Of a stretch of 64,000 nt of DNA, positions 39,321 to 51,711 are shown one piece after another. Position numbers and translations under genes: made by a program. The stretch's first letter is position 1, and each line of letters starts with the position of its first letter. Source of the DNA: Mobula hypostoma (taxonomy: Eukaryota); the NCBI RefSeq assembly GCF_963921235.1, contig NC_086097.1:250792001-250856000 (forward strand), in the 5' to 3' direction. Under the pieces are notes generated by a model. It was not told the DNA's origin. It was given only the letters and a program-made list of their open reading frames with translations, and did not search any database.

Positions 39321-40274
39321 CATCACAACATACAGTGGAATGTGTCATTTGCGTCAGTTCAAATCAGTGAGGATTGTGCAGGGCAGCCCACAAGTGTTGC
39401 CACACTTCCGGCGCCAACATAGCAGTCCACAGCCCACTAACCCTAACTGTACATCTTTGGAGGAAACTGGAGCACCCAGAGGAAACCCACGCGGTCACAG
39501 AGAAAATGCACAAAGTCCTTACAGGCAGCGGTGGGATCAAAGCCGGATCTTACAGCTGCCTGTTGTAAAACAATGCACTAACTGGTAGGTTACCATGCTC
39601 GACGAGAAAGGTATAGCTATGAGCAACGATTGAGTAAGCCTGGTTTGTTTTCTCTGGGATAAAGCAGGCTCACAGCAGACTTCGCTGGGTGTAAAACATG
39701 ATCAGAGTGCAAGTAGGAAGCACCTATCGTCCTTTGCGTACAGGAAAAAATCAGGGGGCAAAGATTTAATGATAATCAGATTGTAAACTGGTTTTTCCCA
39801 CCGAGGTTGGGTGAGAGTAGAATTAGATGTCAGCGGTTAAATGTGAAAGGTGAAATGTTTAAAGGGGAATCTTTTTCACTCAGAGGGTGGCAAGAGCGAG
39901 GAACGAGTTGCCAGAGGAAGTGATGGACGTGCGCTCAATTTCAGCATTTAAGAGAGTTTTGGATGGGTACATGGATAGGAGGGGTATGGAGAACTATGGC
40001 CCAGGGGCAGGTCGATGGGAGTAGACAGATTAGTAGTTCAACTCAGACCAGGTGGGCAAACGGCCCGTTTCTCTGCTGTGGTGTTCTATGACTTTTAGAT
40101 TCTAGGAGAAGTGAGGGAAGATTTTTTCCTCTTTGGTAAGAGTAAGGTAAAGTCAACAACTTGTCACATTATCACAATGAGACCTTTTGATCTGTTGATG
40201 GAGTTTAGGGTGGAATGAGAACACAGAACTTTACAGCACAGCACAGGCCTTTCGGCCTTCTAATCAATTTAACT

Positions 40275-40352
40275 CAGGGGTTCCCAACCTGCACTCCACT
40301 GACCCCTCGGTTAATGGTAGGGGTCCATGGCATAAAAAAGTTGGGAACCCCC
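40275..40352. mobile_element. hAT-type MITE, third copy
   Basis: CAGGGGTTCCCAAC...GTTGGGAACCCC; similar to 31418-31497. Confidence 0.75.
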
Positions 40353-41117
40353 CCAACCTAACCCTTTCCTCCCACAAAGCCCTCCATTTTTCTATCATCC
40401 ATGTGCCTAGCTAAGTTTCTTAAATCTCCCTAATGTGTCTGCCTCTATCATCATCTCTGGCAGTGCATTCCACACACCCGCTCACCACTCACTGTGTAAA
40501 GAACTGACCACTGATAAGTACCCTATACTTTCCTCCAATCACCTTAAAAATTATGCCCCCTCATATTATCTCTCTCAACCCAACTTTCCTGCCTTCTCCC
40601 CATAACCTTTGATGCCCTGACTAATCACAAAGCTATCAAACTCCACTATAAATATACCCAATGACTTGGCCCTCACAGCCATCTGTGGCAATGAATTCCA
40701 CAGATTCATCACCCTCTGGCTAAAGAAATTCCTCCTTGCCTCTGCTCTAAATGGATACCCCTCTACTCTGAGGCTGTGCCCTCAGTTCCAAGTCTCCCCC
40801 ACTATAGGAAACATCCTCTCCATGCCCACTCTACCAGGCCTTTCAATATTTGATAGGTTTCAATGAGATACCTCCCAACGTTCTTCTAAACTCCAGTGAC
40901 TGCAGGCCCAAAGCAATCAAACAATCCTCATTTATTAACATTCAACCTACATCCTTCTTCAAGGCTGCTGATTGTAAACAAATTATGTAAGATTCATGTT
41001 ACAACAACACAAAATATTTCACACTATAAATACTTGTTTCACACACAGTGGGTGTGTTCTTTTGGCAAGCAGATAAAGACATAAAATTTGTGATCAACTT
41101 GGAGCCACATGGTACGT

Positions 41118-41660
41118 AATAGTCATAGTCATACTTTATTGATCCCGAGGGAAATCGAGTTTCGTTACAGTTGCACACAACCAAGAATAGAGTATAGATA
41201 TAGCAATATAAACCCATAAATAATTAAATAATAATATGTAAATGATGCCAGGAAATAAGTCCAGGACCAGCCTATTGGCTCAGGGTGTCTGACCCTCCAA
41301 GGGAGGAGTTGTAAAGTTTGATGGCCACAGGCAGGAATGACTTCCTATGACGCTCTGTGTTACATCTCGGTGGAATGAGTCTCTGGCTGAATGTACTCCT
41401 GTGCCCAACCAGTACATTATGTAGTGGATGGGAGACATTGTCCAAGATGGCATGCAACTTAGACAGCATCCTCTTTTCAGACACCACCGTCAGAGAGTCC
41501 ATTTCATCCCCACAACATCACTGGCCTTACAAATGAGTTTGTTGATTCTGTTGGTGTCTGCTACCCTCGGCCTGCTGCCCCAGCTCACAACAGCAAACAT
41601 GATCGCACTGGCCACCACAGACTCGTAGAACATCCTCAACATCGTCCGACAGATGTTAAA
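41118..41660 (-). mobile_element. Rex1/Babar LINE 3' end
   Basis: SEKRMLSKLHAILDNVSHPLH...KSFLPVAIKLYN; (GACTAT)n tail. Confidence 0.85.
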
Positions 41661-41714
41661 GATGACAAATGTGGTTTGAATGATTATATTACAGTCAACA
41701 ATACTACAAGTAGG

Positions 41715-42300
41715 ATTTCCCGCTGGCCGCCATTTTATTTTGATTTCCAATTCCCATTCCGACATGGCGGCCCAAGGCCTTCTCTACCGCCGTGATGAGG
41801 TCACACTCAGGTTGGAGGAGCAACACCTCATATTCCATCTGGGCAGCCTCCAACCTAATGGAATGAACATCGATTTCTCTAACATCTGGTAACTCCACAT
41901 CCCGCATTTTTCTCCCTTTTTTACATTCCCAGTCCTGGCTCCCCTCTTACCCCCTCACTTCTCCTCAACCTGCCCCAGTTCTCTCTCAGGTATCCCTCCT
42001 CCTTCCCCCTCTCCCCAGTCCACTCTCCTCTCCTTTCAGATTCCTTCTTCAGCCCTTTACCTCTTCCATCTGTCACCTCCCAGCTTCTTACTTCAGGCCC
42101 AGTCACCTCCCAGCTTGCACTCCCCCCTCCCCACACCACCTTATTCTGGCTTCCTCTCCCTTCCTTTCCAGTCCCGATGAAGGGTCTCAAACTGAAACCT
42201 CGATTGTTTATTCATTTCCATACATGTAGCCTGACCTACTGAGATCCTCCAGCATGTTGTGTGTGTCACTCTTGTCTTCCAGCACCTGCAGAATCTCTAG
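41715..42300 (+). mobile_element. Penelope-like element 3' end (GIY-YIG C-terminus + pLTR)
   Basis: LRLEEQHLIFHLGSLQPNGMNIDF, then a pyrimidine tract and a decayed hammerhead at about 42170-42205. Confidence 0.8.
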
Positions 42301-42989
42301 CCTTACTGAATATATTAGCGGTTCACTTATGACAAGTGTTGTAGGGGAAAGGACAGATAGTGAGGGCTAATAACTAGTAAATAGTGATGTGGATTGTGCT
42401 AGTCAGAATCAGAATCAGGTTTAATGTCACCAGCACAGGTTGTAAAATTTGTTAACTTTACGGCAGCAGTACAATGCAATATATGATAGATATATATACA
42501 AAAAAACTGAATTACATTAACTATGTATATATATATATATGTCTATTAAATAGTTAAAAATAAGTAGTGTAAAAAAACCAAGTAAAAACATAGTGAGTAG
42601 TGTTCATGGGGCCAATGTCCATTTAGAAATCGGACGGTAAGGGAAGAAGCTGTTCCTGAATCGCTGACCGTGTGCCTTCAGGCTCCTGTACCTCCTTCCT
42701 AATGGCAACAGTGAGAAGAAGGCATATCCTGGGTGACGGGTGTCCTTAATAATGGATACCACCTTCTAAGGCACCGGTCCTTGAAGATGTCTTGAATACT
42801 AGAGGTTAGTACCCACAATGGAGGTGACTAATTTTACAAATTTCTGGAACTTACTTTGATCTTGTGCACGTGGAGAGCATTCTGACTGGCTACGTCACTG
42901 GCTGGTATGGGGGGTAGGGAGCTACTGCACAAGATCGAAATAAGTTGCAGAAACTTGTAAAACTAGTCAGCTCCATCATAGAAGTTTGA

Positions 42990-43545
42990 TCGTTTCAGTT
43001 GACAAACCAAATCTCCTCAAATTCCTAATGAAATACATACAGCCGATGCCTTGCCTTTATAGCTGTATTAATATGTTGTGTCCAGGTTAGATCCTCAGAG
43101 ATCTTGACACCCAGGAACTTGAAATTGCTCAATCTCTCCACTTCTGGTCCCTCAATGAGGAATGGTTCACGTTTCCTCATCTTACCCTTTCTGAAGTCTA
43201 CAATCAGCTCTTTGGTCTTACTGATGTTGAGTGAAAGGTTGTTGCTGTGGCACCACTCAACCAGCTGGTATATCTCACTCCTGTACGCCCTCTCATCTCC
43301 ATCTGATATTCTGCCAGCAATGGTTGTATTGTCAGCAAATTTATAGGTGGTATTTGAGCTATGCCTCACCACACAGTCATGGGAATAGAAAGCGTATGGC
43401 AGTAGGCTAAGCACACACCCCTGAGGTGCACCAGTGTAGATTGTCAGTGAGGTGGAGATGTTGTTTCCAATCTGCACAGATGGTGGTCTTCCAGTTAGGA
43501 AGTTGAGGATCCAGCTGCAGAGGGAGGTACAGATACCTAGGTTCT
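42990..43545 (-). mobile_element. Rex1/Babar LINE RT fragment
   Basis: [19 protein letters not shown]...KFADNTT...[22 protein letters not shown]. Confidence 0.88.
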
Positions 43546-44204
43546 CACAAACAAGGGAAAATCTGCAGATGCTGGAATCATACACAAAATGCTGGAGGAA
43601 CTCAGCAGGCCAGGCAGCATCTATGGAAAAGAGTACAGTCAACATTTTGGGCTGAGACCTTTCATCAGGACTGGAAGAAAAGATGACGAGTCAGAGTAAG
43701 AAAGTGGGGGGAGGCGAAGAAGAACCACAAGGTGACAGGTGAAACCGGGAGAGGAGGAGAGGAGAAATAAAGAGTTGTGGAGTTGATTGTTGAAAGAATT
43801 ACAGGCCTGGAGAAGGGATAATCAGACAGAAGAAGACAGAAGGCCAGGGAAGAAAGAAAAGGGGGAGCAGCACCAGAGGGACGTGATGGACAGAAAAGGA
43901 AATAGGGTGAGAGAGGGAAATGGGGATGGGGAATGGTGAAGGGGGGGACAGGCGGCATTACCAGAACTTCAAGAAATCAACATTCATGCTATCAGGTTGG
44001 AGGCTACCCAGACGGAATACAAGGTGCTGTTCCTCCAACCTGAGTGTGGCCTCATCGTGACAGTAGAGGAGGCCATGGACTGACGTGTTGGAATGAGAAG
44101 TGGAATTAAACTGGGTGGCCACCGGGAGATCCCGCTTTTTCTGGCAGACGGAGCGTAGGTGCTCGGCAAAGTATCTCCCAATTTGTGTTTGGTCTCCCTG
44201 ATAT

Positions 44205-46505
44205 CATAATATCATTGAGTTCAGTTTCAAGTGATCATAATATGATTGAGTTCAGTTTCAAATTTGTAAAGGAGAAGCTGGTATCAGGTGTATCGATATT
44301 TCAGTGGAACAGGGGAAATTACAGTGGTATGAGAGAGGAACTGGCCCAAGTCAATTGGAAAAGTAAAATAAATGGAGGGATGGCAGAGCAGAATTGGATG
44401 AAATTCCTACAAGAAATAAGGAAAGTGCAGGAAAAATATATTCCAAGAAAAAAGAAAATCATGACTGGAAAAATGGCACAAATGTGGCTAACGAGAGGCT
44501 AAGGCAAAAATAAAAGCAAAAGAAACGGCGTACAAGGAAGCAAAAATTAGTGGGAAAAATGAGGACTGGAAGACCTTTAAAAACTTACAGAAAGAAACTA
44601 AGGAAGTCATTAGGAAAGAAAAGATGAATTATGAAAGGAAGTTGGCAATTAACATAAAAAAGGATACTAAGAGTTTTTTTAAATATATGAAGAGTAAAAG
44701 AGTGACAAGGGTAGATATGGGACCGATTGAAAATGATGCTGGAGTGATTATAATGGATAACAAAGAGATGGCGGAGGAACTGAATGAGTATTTTGCATCA
44801 GTCTTCACAGTGGAAGACATGAGCAATATACCTGATAGCCAGAGGTATCAGGGAATAGAATTAGGTACAGTCAAGATAACTAGAGAGAAAGTGCTTGGGA
44901 AGCTAAGTGGACTAAGAATAGATAAGTCTCCCGGCCCGGATGAGGTGCACCCAAGGGTTCTGAAGGAGGTGGCTTTGGAGATTGTGGAAGCATTGGAAAT
45001 GATCTTCCAGGAATCAATAGACTCTGGCATGGTTCCGGAGGACTGGAAGGTCGCAAATGTAGTTCCACTATTTAAGAAAGGAAGGAGGCAGCAAAAAGAA
45101 AATTGCAGACCTATTAGTCTGACATCGGTGGTTGGAAAGATATTGGAGTCAATCCTCAAGGACGAGGTTATGAAATACCTCGAGGTGCATGACAAGATAG
45201 GCCGAAGCCAGCATGGTTTCATGAAGGGAAGATCCTGTCTCACCAACCTATTGGAATTTTTTGAGGTAATCTCGAATAAGATTGACAAGGGAGAGGCTGT
45301 GGATGTTGTGTATTTGGATTTTCAAAAGGCCTTCGATAAGGTGCCGCATATGAGGCTGCTTAATAAGATGAGAGCCCATGGAATTATAGGAAAGATATTG
45401 GAATGGGTGGAGCATTGGCTGATAGGCAGAAAGCAAAGGGTGGGAATAAAGGAATCCTATTCTGATTGGTTGCCGGTTACTAGTGGTGTTCCGCAGGGGT
45501 CGGTGTTGGGGCCGCTTCTTTTTACGATGTATATCAATGATTTGGTTATGGATTAAATGGTTTTGTGGCTAAGTTTGCGGATGACACCAAGGTAGGTGGA
45601 GGAGCAGGAAATGTTGAAGAAACAGAAAGATTGCAGAGAGACTTGGTCAGTTTAGGAGAGAGGGAAAAGAAATGGCAGATGAGATACAACGTTGACAAAT
45701 GTACGGTTGTACATTTTGGAAGAAGAAATAATCGGGCAGATTATTATTTAGATGGGGAGAAAATTCAAAAATCGGAAGTGCAAAGGGACTTGGGGGTCCT
45801 CGTGCAGGATACCCTAAAGGTTAACCACCAAGTTGAATTGGCGGTAAGGAAAGCGAATGCTATGTTGGATTTCATTTCAAGAGGAATAGTGTATAAGAGT
45901 AAGGAGGTGTTGATGAGGCTCTATGGGGCACTGGTGAGACCTCATTTGGAATACTGTGTGTAGTTTTGGGCCCCCTATCTTAGAAAGGATATACTGATGT
46001 TGGAGAGAGTTCAGAGAAGATTTACGAGGATGATTCCTGGAATGCAGGGGCTAACATATGAGGAGCGTTTATCGGCTCTTGGATTGTATTCATTAGAGTA
46101 TAGAAGAATGAGAGGGGATCTCATAGAAACGTTTCGAATGTTGAAAGGGTTGGACAGAGTAGATGTGGAAAGGTTGTTTCCCTTGGTGGGTGAGTCCAGA
46201 ACAAGAGGCCATAGTCTTAGAATTAGAGGGTACCCAGTTAAAACAGAGATGAGGAGAAATTTTTTTAGCCGGAGGGTCGTGGATTTGTGGAATTCGTTGC
46301 CACATATGGCTGTGGAGGCCCGATCATTGAGGGTGTTTAAGGAGGAGATTGACAGGTATCTAATTAGTCAGGGTATCAAGGGATATGGGGAAAAAGCCGG
46401 AAATTGGAACTAGATGGGTGAATAGTTTAGCTCATGGGGGAGCTGCGGAGTAGACTCAATGGGCTGAATGGCCTACTTCTGCTCCTTTGTCTTGTGATCT
46501 TGTGA
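44205..46505 (+). mobile_element. Relatively young 5'-truncated CR1 LINE
   Basis: 310-aa, 132-aa and 138-aa RT-region ORFs separated by a frameshift and a stop; (CTTGTGAT)n tail. Confidence 0.95.
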
Positions 46506-46769
46506 TATAAAGGAGGCCACACTGGGAACACTGGATACAGTATATGACCAACAGACTCACAGGTGAAGTGTCGCCTCACCTGGAAGGACTGTCTGGGGCC
46601 CTGAATGGGAATGAGGGAGGAGGTGTAGGGGCAGGTGTAGCACTTGTTCCGCTTGCAAGGATAAGCACCAGGAGGGAGATCAGTGGGGAGGGTTGAATGG
46701 ACAAGCGAGTCACATACGGAGCGATCCCTGAGGAAAGTGAGGGGAAGGGAGATGTGCTTGGTGGCAGGA

Positions 46770-47248
46770 TCGTCTCTAGCGCACAGGAGATCATCGGGAC
46801 ACAGCTCCCAGCTCTGGAGGACACCGACAGCTCACACTGCCTAAGGAAAGCTACAAGCATCTGTAAGGACAATACACACCCATGCAATCATCTGTTTGAA
46901 CTTCTCCCATCTGGCAGACGTTATAAGATTTTCTATGCCCACACTTCCAGACTGAAAAATAGCTTTTTCCCCAGAGCTATAATTGCTCTGAACCGATCGA
47001 TCAAGCATTATCCATAAAATTGTTATATTGCTACTTTAATACTAGTTTTATGGCTGTCATGTGTCTGAGTTGCGCTTTTGTACTGCTGGACATCGCTTGT
47101 ACTGGCTGGTTACTTGATTTATTTATTGGTTATTTATTTTATTTGTTGTTTTATAGCATTGAGTACGAGAGTTGCAAACTCATTTTCGCTGTATTGGTGC
47201 ATGACAACTGTACTATGCAGTGGCAATAAAGATATTTCATTTCATTTC
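46770..47248 (+). mobile_element. Rex1/Babar LINE 3' end nested in the Penelope-like element
   Basis: HPCNHLFELLPSGRRYK..TSRLKNSFFPRAI; (ATTTC)n tail. Confidence 0.8.
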
Positions 47249-47777
47249 ACAGGAGACGGCAAAAATTCCAGAGCATTATTTGCTGGATGTGGAGGCTGGT
47301 GGGGTGTGGGTGAGGACAAGAGGAACCCGATCCCTGGTGGGGTGGCAGAAGGATGGGGTGCGGGCAGGCGTGCGTGAAATGGAAGAGATGTGGTTGAGGG
47401 CGGCGTTGATGGTGGAGGAAGGAAAGCCCCTTTCTTTGAAGGAGGAGGACACCTCTTTAGTTCTGGAATGAAAAACATTATCCTGGGAGCAGATGCAGCA
47501 GAGATGGGGGAGTTGAGAGAAGGGGTTGGCATTTTTACAAGTAACAGGGAGGTGAGAGGTCTAATCCAAGTAGTCAGTGAGTTTATAATAGACATCAGTA
47601 GATAAGCTGTCTCCAGAGAGATTGAGAAAGAAAGGGATGGACCAGGTAAATAGGGACTAGACATCCATAGTGAAAATAAGATGATCAGGGCCAGGGAACA
47701 TGAAATCATTGAAAAGGTCAAGAGCGTGTGAAGTGCCACGGATGTAGGTAGGAAGGGACTGAATCAGGAAGGGTGAA

Positions 47778-48150
47778 CCAAGGTTCTGTAGCTTTCCGAT
47801 CAGGACTGTGGGAATGATGGCATTAAAAGCTGAGCTGCAGTCAATGAACAGCATCCTGACATAGGTATTTGCATTGTGCAGGTGATCCAAGGCCGAGTGG
47901 AGAGCCATTGAGTTCACTTTTGCTGTTGACCTCTAGTGGCGATAGGCAAATTGCAGTGGGTCCAGGTCCTTCCTGAGGCGGGAGTTGATTCTCGCCATGA
48001 CCAACCTCTCAAAGCATTTCATCGCCATAGATGTGAGTGCGGCTGAACGATAGTCGTTGAGGCAGCCCAAGCTGCTCTTCTTCATACAATTGTTGTCCCT
48101 TTGAAGTAGGTGGGATCTTCCAACAGCGGCAGCGAGAGATTGAAAATGTG
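47778..48150 (-). mobile_element. Rex1/Babar LINE RT fragment
   Basis: [21 protein letters not shown]...LDPLQFAYR...[14 protein letters not shown]. Confidence 0.85.
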
Positions 48151-48734
48151 ATATCAAGGAACTGTAGGCAGGAGTAGAGACATGGAATGGAGCAGTGACA
48201 ACACCCAAGTTTCAGGAACTTCACCGATATTATAGTGTGCTCCCGTTGTATGAGAAAAGCAGCTCTGTGCATCATTATTGTATTCTGTAATAAGGATCTA
48301 GTCTGCTTCCTAAGTAAATCTTCCTATAGCCACCATTCTATTATCAAAATATATTTTTAAAGATAATCTCATCAACTGCGTTTGTAAAAGTTCTACCAAA
48401 TTCATGCTCAGGTAGATCAGCTTTGACTGGTCTCCTGATGCGCATCAGTTTATCACAAACTGTCCGTAGTTCAAATATCAACTCTGTATGGACTCTCCGT
48501 TTACCATTACAATTGTGGATACCAATATCGTGGGTTGGTTTCTGTACTGTATCATTTTCTGACTATAAAGGTTGGAGGCAGACCTCACAAACAGGAAGAA
48601 AACACCCATCAATTCAAACACAAGCTCCATATGATCTCTCAGCTTGCTCGTACACAGGCATCTTTATTGAGGAAATCCATAAATACATCCTGAATGGCTT
48701 ATGCATGCAGAGTGATAGGAGATAACTGTACTAC

Positions 48735-48811
48735 CTTGTTTTCCCATGTGTCCATTACAATAAGCGTAGTGCCCTCACCGTCAACGGTTATCGTTCGCTC
48801 ATAGGTGTCTT
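48735..48811 (-). CDS. GEM: GEM second coding exon (77 nt)
   Basis: ttttctcattctttgtag|AA GAC ACC TAT...GAA AAC AAG|gtagta encodes (E)DTYERTITVDGEGTTLIVMDTWENK, including the RGK-type DxWE G3 motif. Phase 1 in, phase 0 out, matching both neighbouring exons. Confidence 0.95.
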
Positions 48812-48909
48812 CTACAAAGAATGAGAAAATAGACATTTATAAATCGATACAAACACAAGAGATTCTGCAGATGCTGCAAATCCAAAGCAACACACACAAA
48901 ATGCTGGAG

Positions 48910-49500
48910 GAACTGCTGATCTCCTGGGATTTTCATGCATGACAGTCTCTAGTCTACAGAGAATGGTGTGAAAAACAAAAAACATCCAGTGAGCAACAGT
49001 TCTGTGAATACTAATAGGCATCCGTTAGTCTCATGAGACCATGGATTTGAGCCTTGGAAGGTTTCCAGGGCGCAGGCCTGGGCAAGGTTGTATGGAAGAC
49101 CAGCAGTTGCACATGCTGCAAGTCTCCCCTCTCCACGCCACCGATGTTGGCCAAGGGAAGGGCACTAGGGCTGATACAGCTTGGCACCGGTGTCGTCGCA
49201 GAGCAATGTATGATTAAGTGCTTTGCTCAAGGACACAACACGCTGCCTCAGCTGAGGCTTGAACTAGCGACCTTCAGATCAGTAGCCCAACACCTTAACC
49301 ACTTGGCCACGTGCCAACACACGTTTATTCTGTGAATAAAAATGCCTTGTTAATGAGAGAGGTCAGCGGAGAATGGCCAGACTGGTTCAAGCTGACATGA
49401 AGGTGACAGTAACTCAGATGTTACAACAGTGGTCTGCAGAAAAACATCTCTGAACACACAACACACAGAACCTTGAAGTGGATGGGCTACAGCACAGGGT
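48910..49500 (+). mobile_element. Tc1-like fragment (same family as 23244) with a nested SINE
   Basis: aactgctgatct...agagaatggtgtgaaa...ttgttaatgagag.ggtcag matches 23455-23705. Confidence 0.75.
49011..49327 (-). mobile_element. tRNA-derived SINE
   Basis: A box TGGCCAAGTGG; B-box-like AGTTCAAGCC; 11-bp TSD TTCTGTGAATA at 49000-49010 and 49328-49338. Confidence 0.85.
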
Positions 49501-49664
49501 TTCCAATAAAGAGACCAGAGTACAGATTATGGAACAGCACAGTACAGGCCGTTTGGGTCACAAATGTTGTGCTGACCTTTTAACCTACCTTAAAATCAAT
49601 CTAATCCTTTCATTCTGCATAGTCTCCATTTTTCTATTATCCACGTGCCAATTTAAGAGAAATT

Positions 49665-50209
49665 CCTTAAGGTTGTTATAGCCGGGGGTGGTAGTGGGGA
49701 TAAGCTCCCACTACATATAAATGCTCCCAATGGCGTGCGCCTCAAATAGCCTCTGACAACCAAGTCCAGCTCCTGGCCTTCACGTGTGGCTTAGCTACTC
49801 AGCCGAGCAGAACCGTTGTACTGACAGGAGAAGGTGCAAAAACAGGTCACTGGCACCTTAAAACCAGTCACTTTGGGCAGCTGTGGTGGGTAACTCATCT
49901 TGGAGAAGGAAAACCTCCACTGCCCTCCAACTATGCCCACTTATGGAGAAAGCTTCCAGAGTAAACCCTGAGGAAAAATCCGGAGCTGGACTTTCTAAGG
50001 CCGCCCAATGTTGAATTCAACGCTGACCGGCAACCCCTGCAGCCAAGCTGTGTCGGTCTCTGTCGTTCCTTTCGGTTCATCAGATGGGTTCATAGAGGGG
50101 GACCCTCCTATGTGGGCAACAGTTTGCTTTCCATATTGTACTGCCCTGGCTTGCATATCTGGACAGCCAGTACACAACATCCACAGGCGACCCTGACCAA
50201 CGCAGGCCT
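49665..50209 (+). mobile_element. About 530-bp dispersed repeat with a structured 5' end (HDV-like candidate)
   Basis: Homologous to 27286-27818; inserted in a CR1-tail repeat with an approximate TSD aat(t/c)taagag. Confidence 0.7.
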
Positions 50210-51711
50210 CTAATCTAAGAGTTTCTTATGTGTCTGCTTCCACTTCCACCCGTAGCAGGGTGATTCTTGCGCTCACCATTCTCTGTGTAACTTTCCTCCA
50301 ATCACCTTAAAATTATATTGACAAGACATAGGAGCTGAAGTAGGCCAGTCAGCCCACTGAGACTTCTCCACCATTCAACCATCATATTATTATGAGGAGA
50401 ATTGTCCTGATCTATCCCCACCCCTGTCAGAGCGTCCCACACACCCACCACTCTCTGCATAAAGCACCTACCTCTGACATCCCCCTTATACCTTCCTCCA
50501 ATCTTCAAATCTGTTGCCTACTCTGAGTTGTCTGTCTGCTGACTCGACTTACGGCTTTAGCAGAGTGTTGATCTGCTGAGACACAAAGCCACAACACTCC
50601 AGAACAATGAGCATATTAATTGCCAGCCGGCTGGGGTACGTGGACAATACTTGCGAGTGTACCTATTCAGCAGCAAGCTCCAAGATATTAGTGATTAAAG
50701 CTTCGCTCTATTTGTCACATATATATCAAAACAGACAGTGAAACACGTTGTTTGCGTCAAACCAAATCAGCGAGGATTGTGCTGGGCAGGTCTGCTGTGC
50801 TCCCAGTGGCAGCATAGCATGCCCACAACTTACTAACGCTAACCTGTATGCCCTTGAAAACTGGGAGGAAACCCGAGTACCCAGAGGAAACCCACACCTA
50901 CCCAGCACATCAGGGGGGAGGTAGGGGAGCCTGAAGCCACACACTCAAAACTGTTTCCCCTCCGCCAGCAGATTTCTGAATGGACAATGAACCCATCAGC
51001 AGTACCTCACTAGTTTTGTTCTCTTTTTGCACTACTTTTTATATATATTTCTTATTGTAACTTACGGTATATTTCCTATATTGCACTGTACGTCTGCCAC
51101 AAAACAAAGAGTTTTACAGCCATATGTTAGTGCTAATAAATCTGATCAGAGGGAGAAGGTACAAACCCCTAACAGGCAGGGGTGGGTATCAGACCCCGAT
51201 TCGTGATGGCTGGTGCTGGAGAGCGATGCGTTTACTCCAGGGCTACCGCGACATTGTTAACTCATCCACTTTTGCAAACAGCATCCAGAGCAGCCTTGAG
51301 TAACCTGCCCCCGGGTTAGCCCATACTTCAGAGGTGACAAGACCTTGCACCATCTCCTGTGTGTTGGGAGCCACCTACTGGTGACGGGCAAACTCTAATC
51401 TCCATCTTCACCACCCCAGCACAGTCCACGCACGAGGAAAGGAGTGAAATCAGAACCTCAGATCGAGCTCCAAACTCACGGAACCCAGGCAACAGTGTCC
51501 CATAAGACACAGGAGCAGAATTGGGCCATTTGGCCCATCGAGTCTACTCTGCCATTCCATCATGGCCAATTTACTACCCCATTTTCCTGCCTTCAGAATC
51601 TGAATCAGGTTTAACATTACCGGCACATGTCACAGAATTTGTTGTTTTGTGGCACCACTACATTACAATACATAGTCATTTTTAAAATATATAAATTAGA
51701 ATAACAAATAT

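Larger units (their letters stand above)
43545..47775 (-). mobile_element. Penelope-like element (RT remnant, GIY-YIG, pLTR), interrupted by CR1 and Rex1 insertions
   Basis: RT LPTYIR..LIFTMDV at 47657-47770; GIY-YIG FQVRRHFTCES..IYCIQCSQCGLLYI at 46505-46590, continuing ..ETKHKL..FAEHLR below 44204; pLTR with hammerhead remnant at 43635-43672. Confidence 0.82.

Noticed and set aside
44624..45556. 310-aa ORF as a host gene
   Set aside because: It is a CR1 ORF2 fragment, 5'-truncated and followed by a frameshift and a stop.
49240..49320. tRNA gene
   Set aside because: The A and B boxes belong to a TSD-flanked SINE head; no complete cloverleaf is evident.
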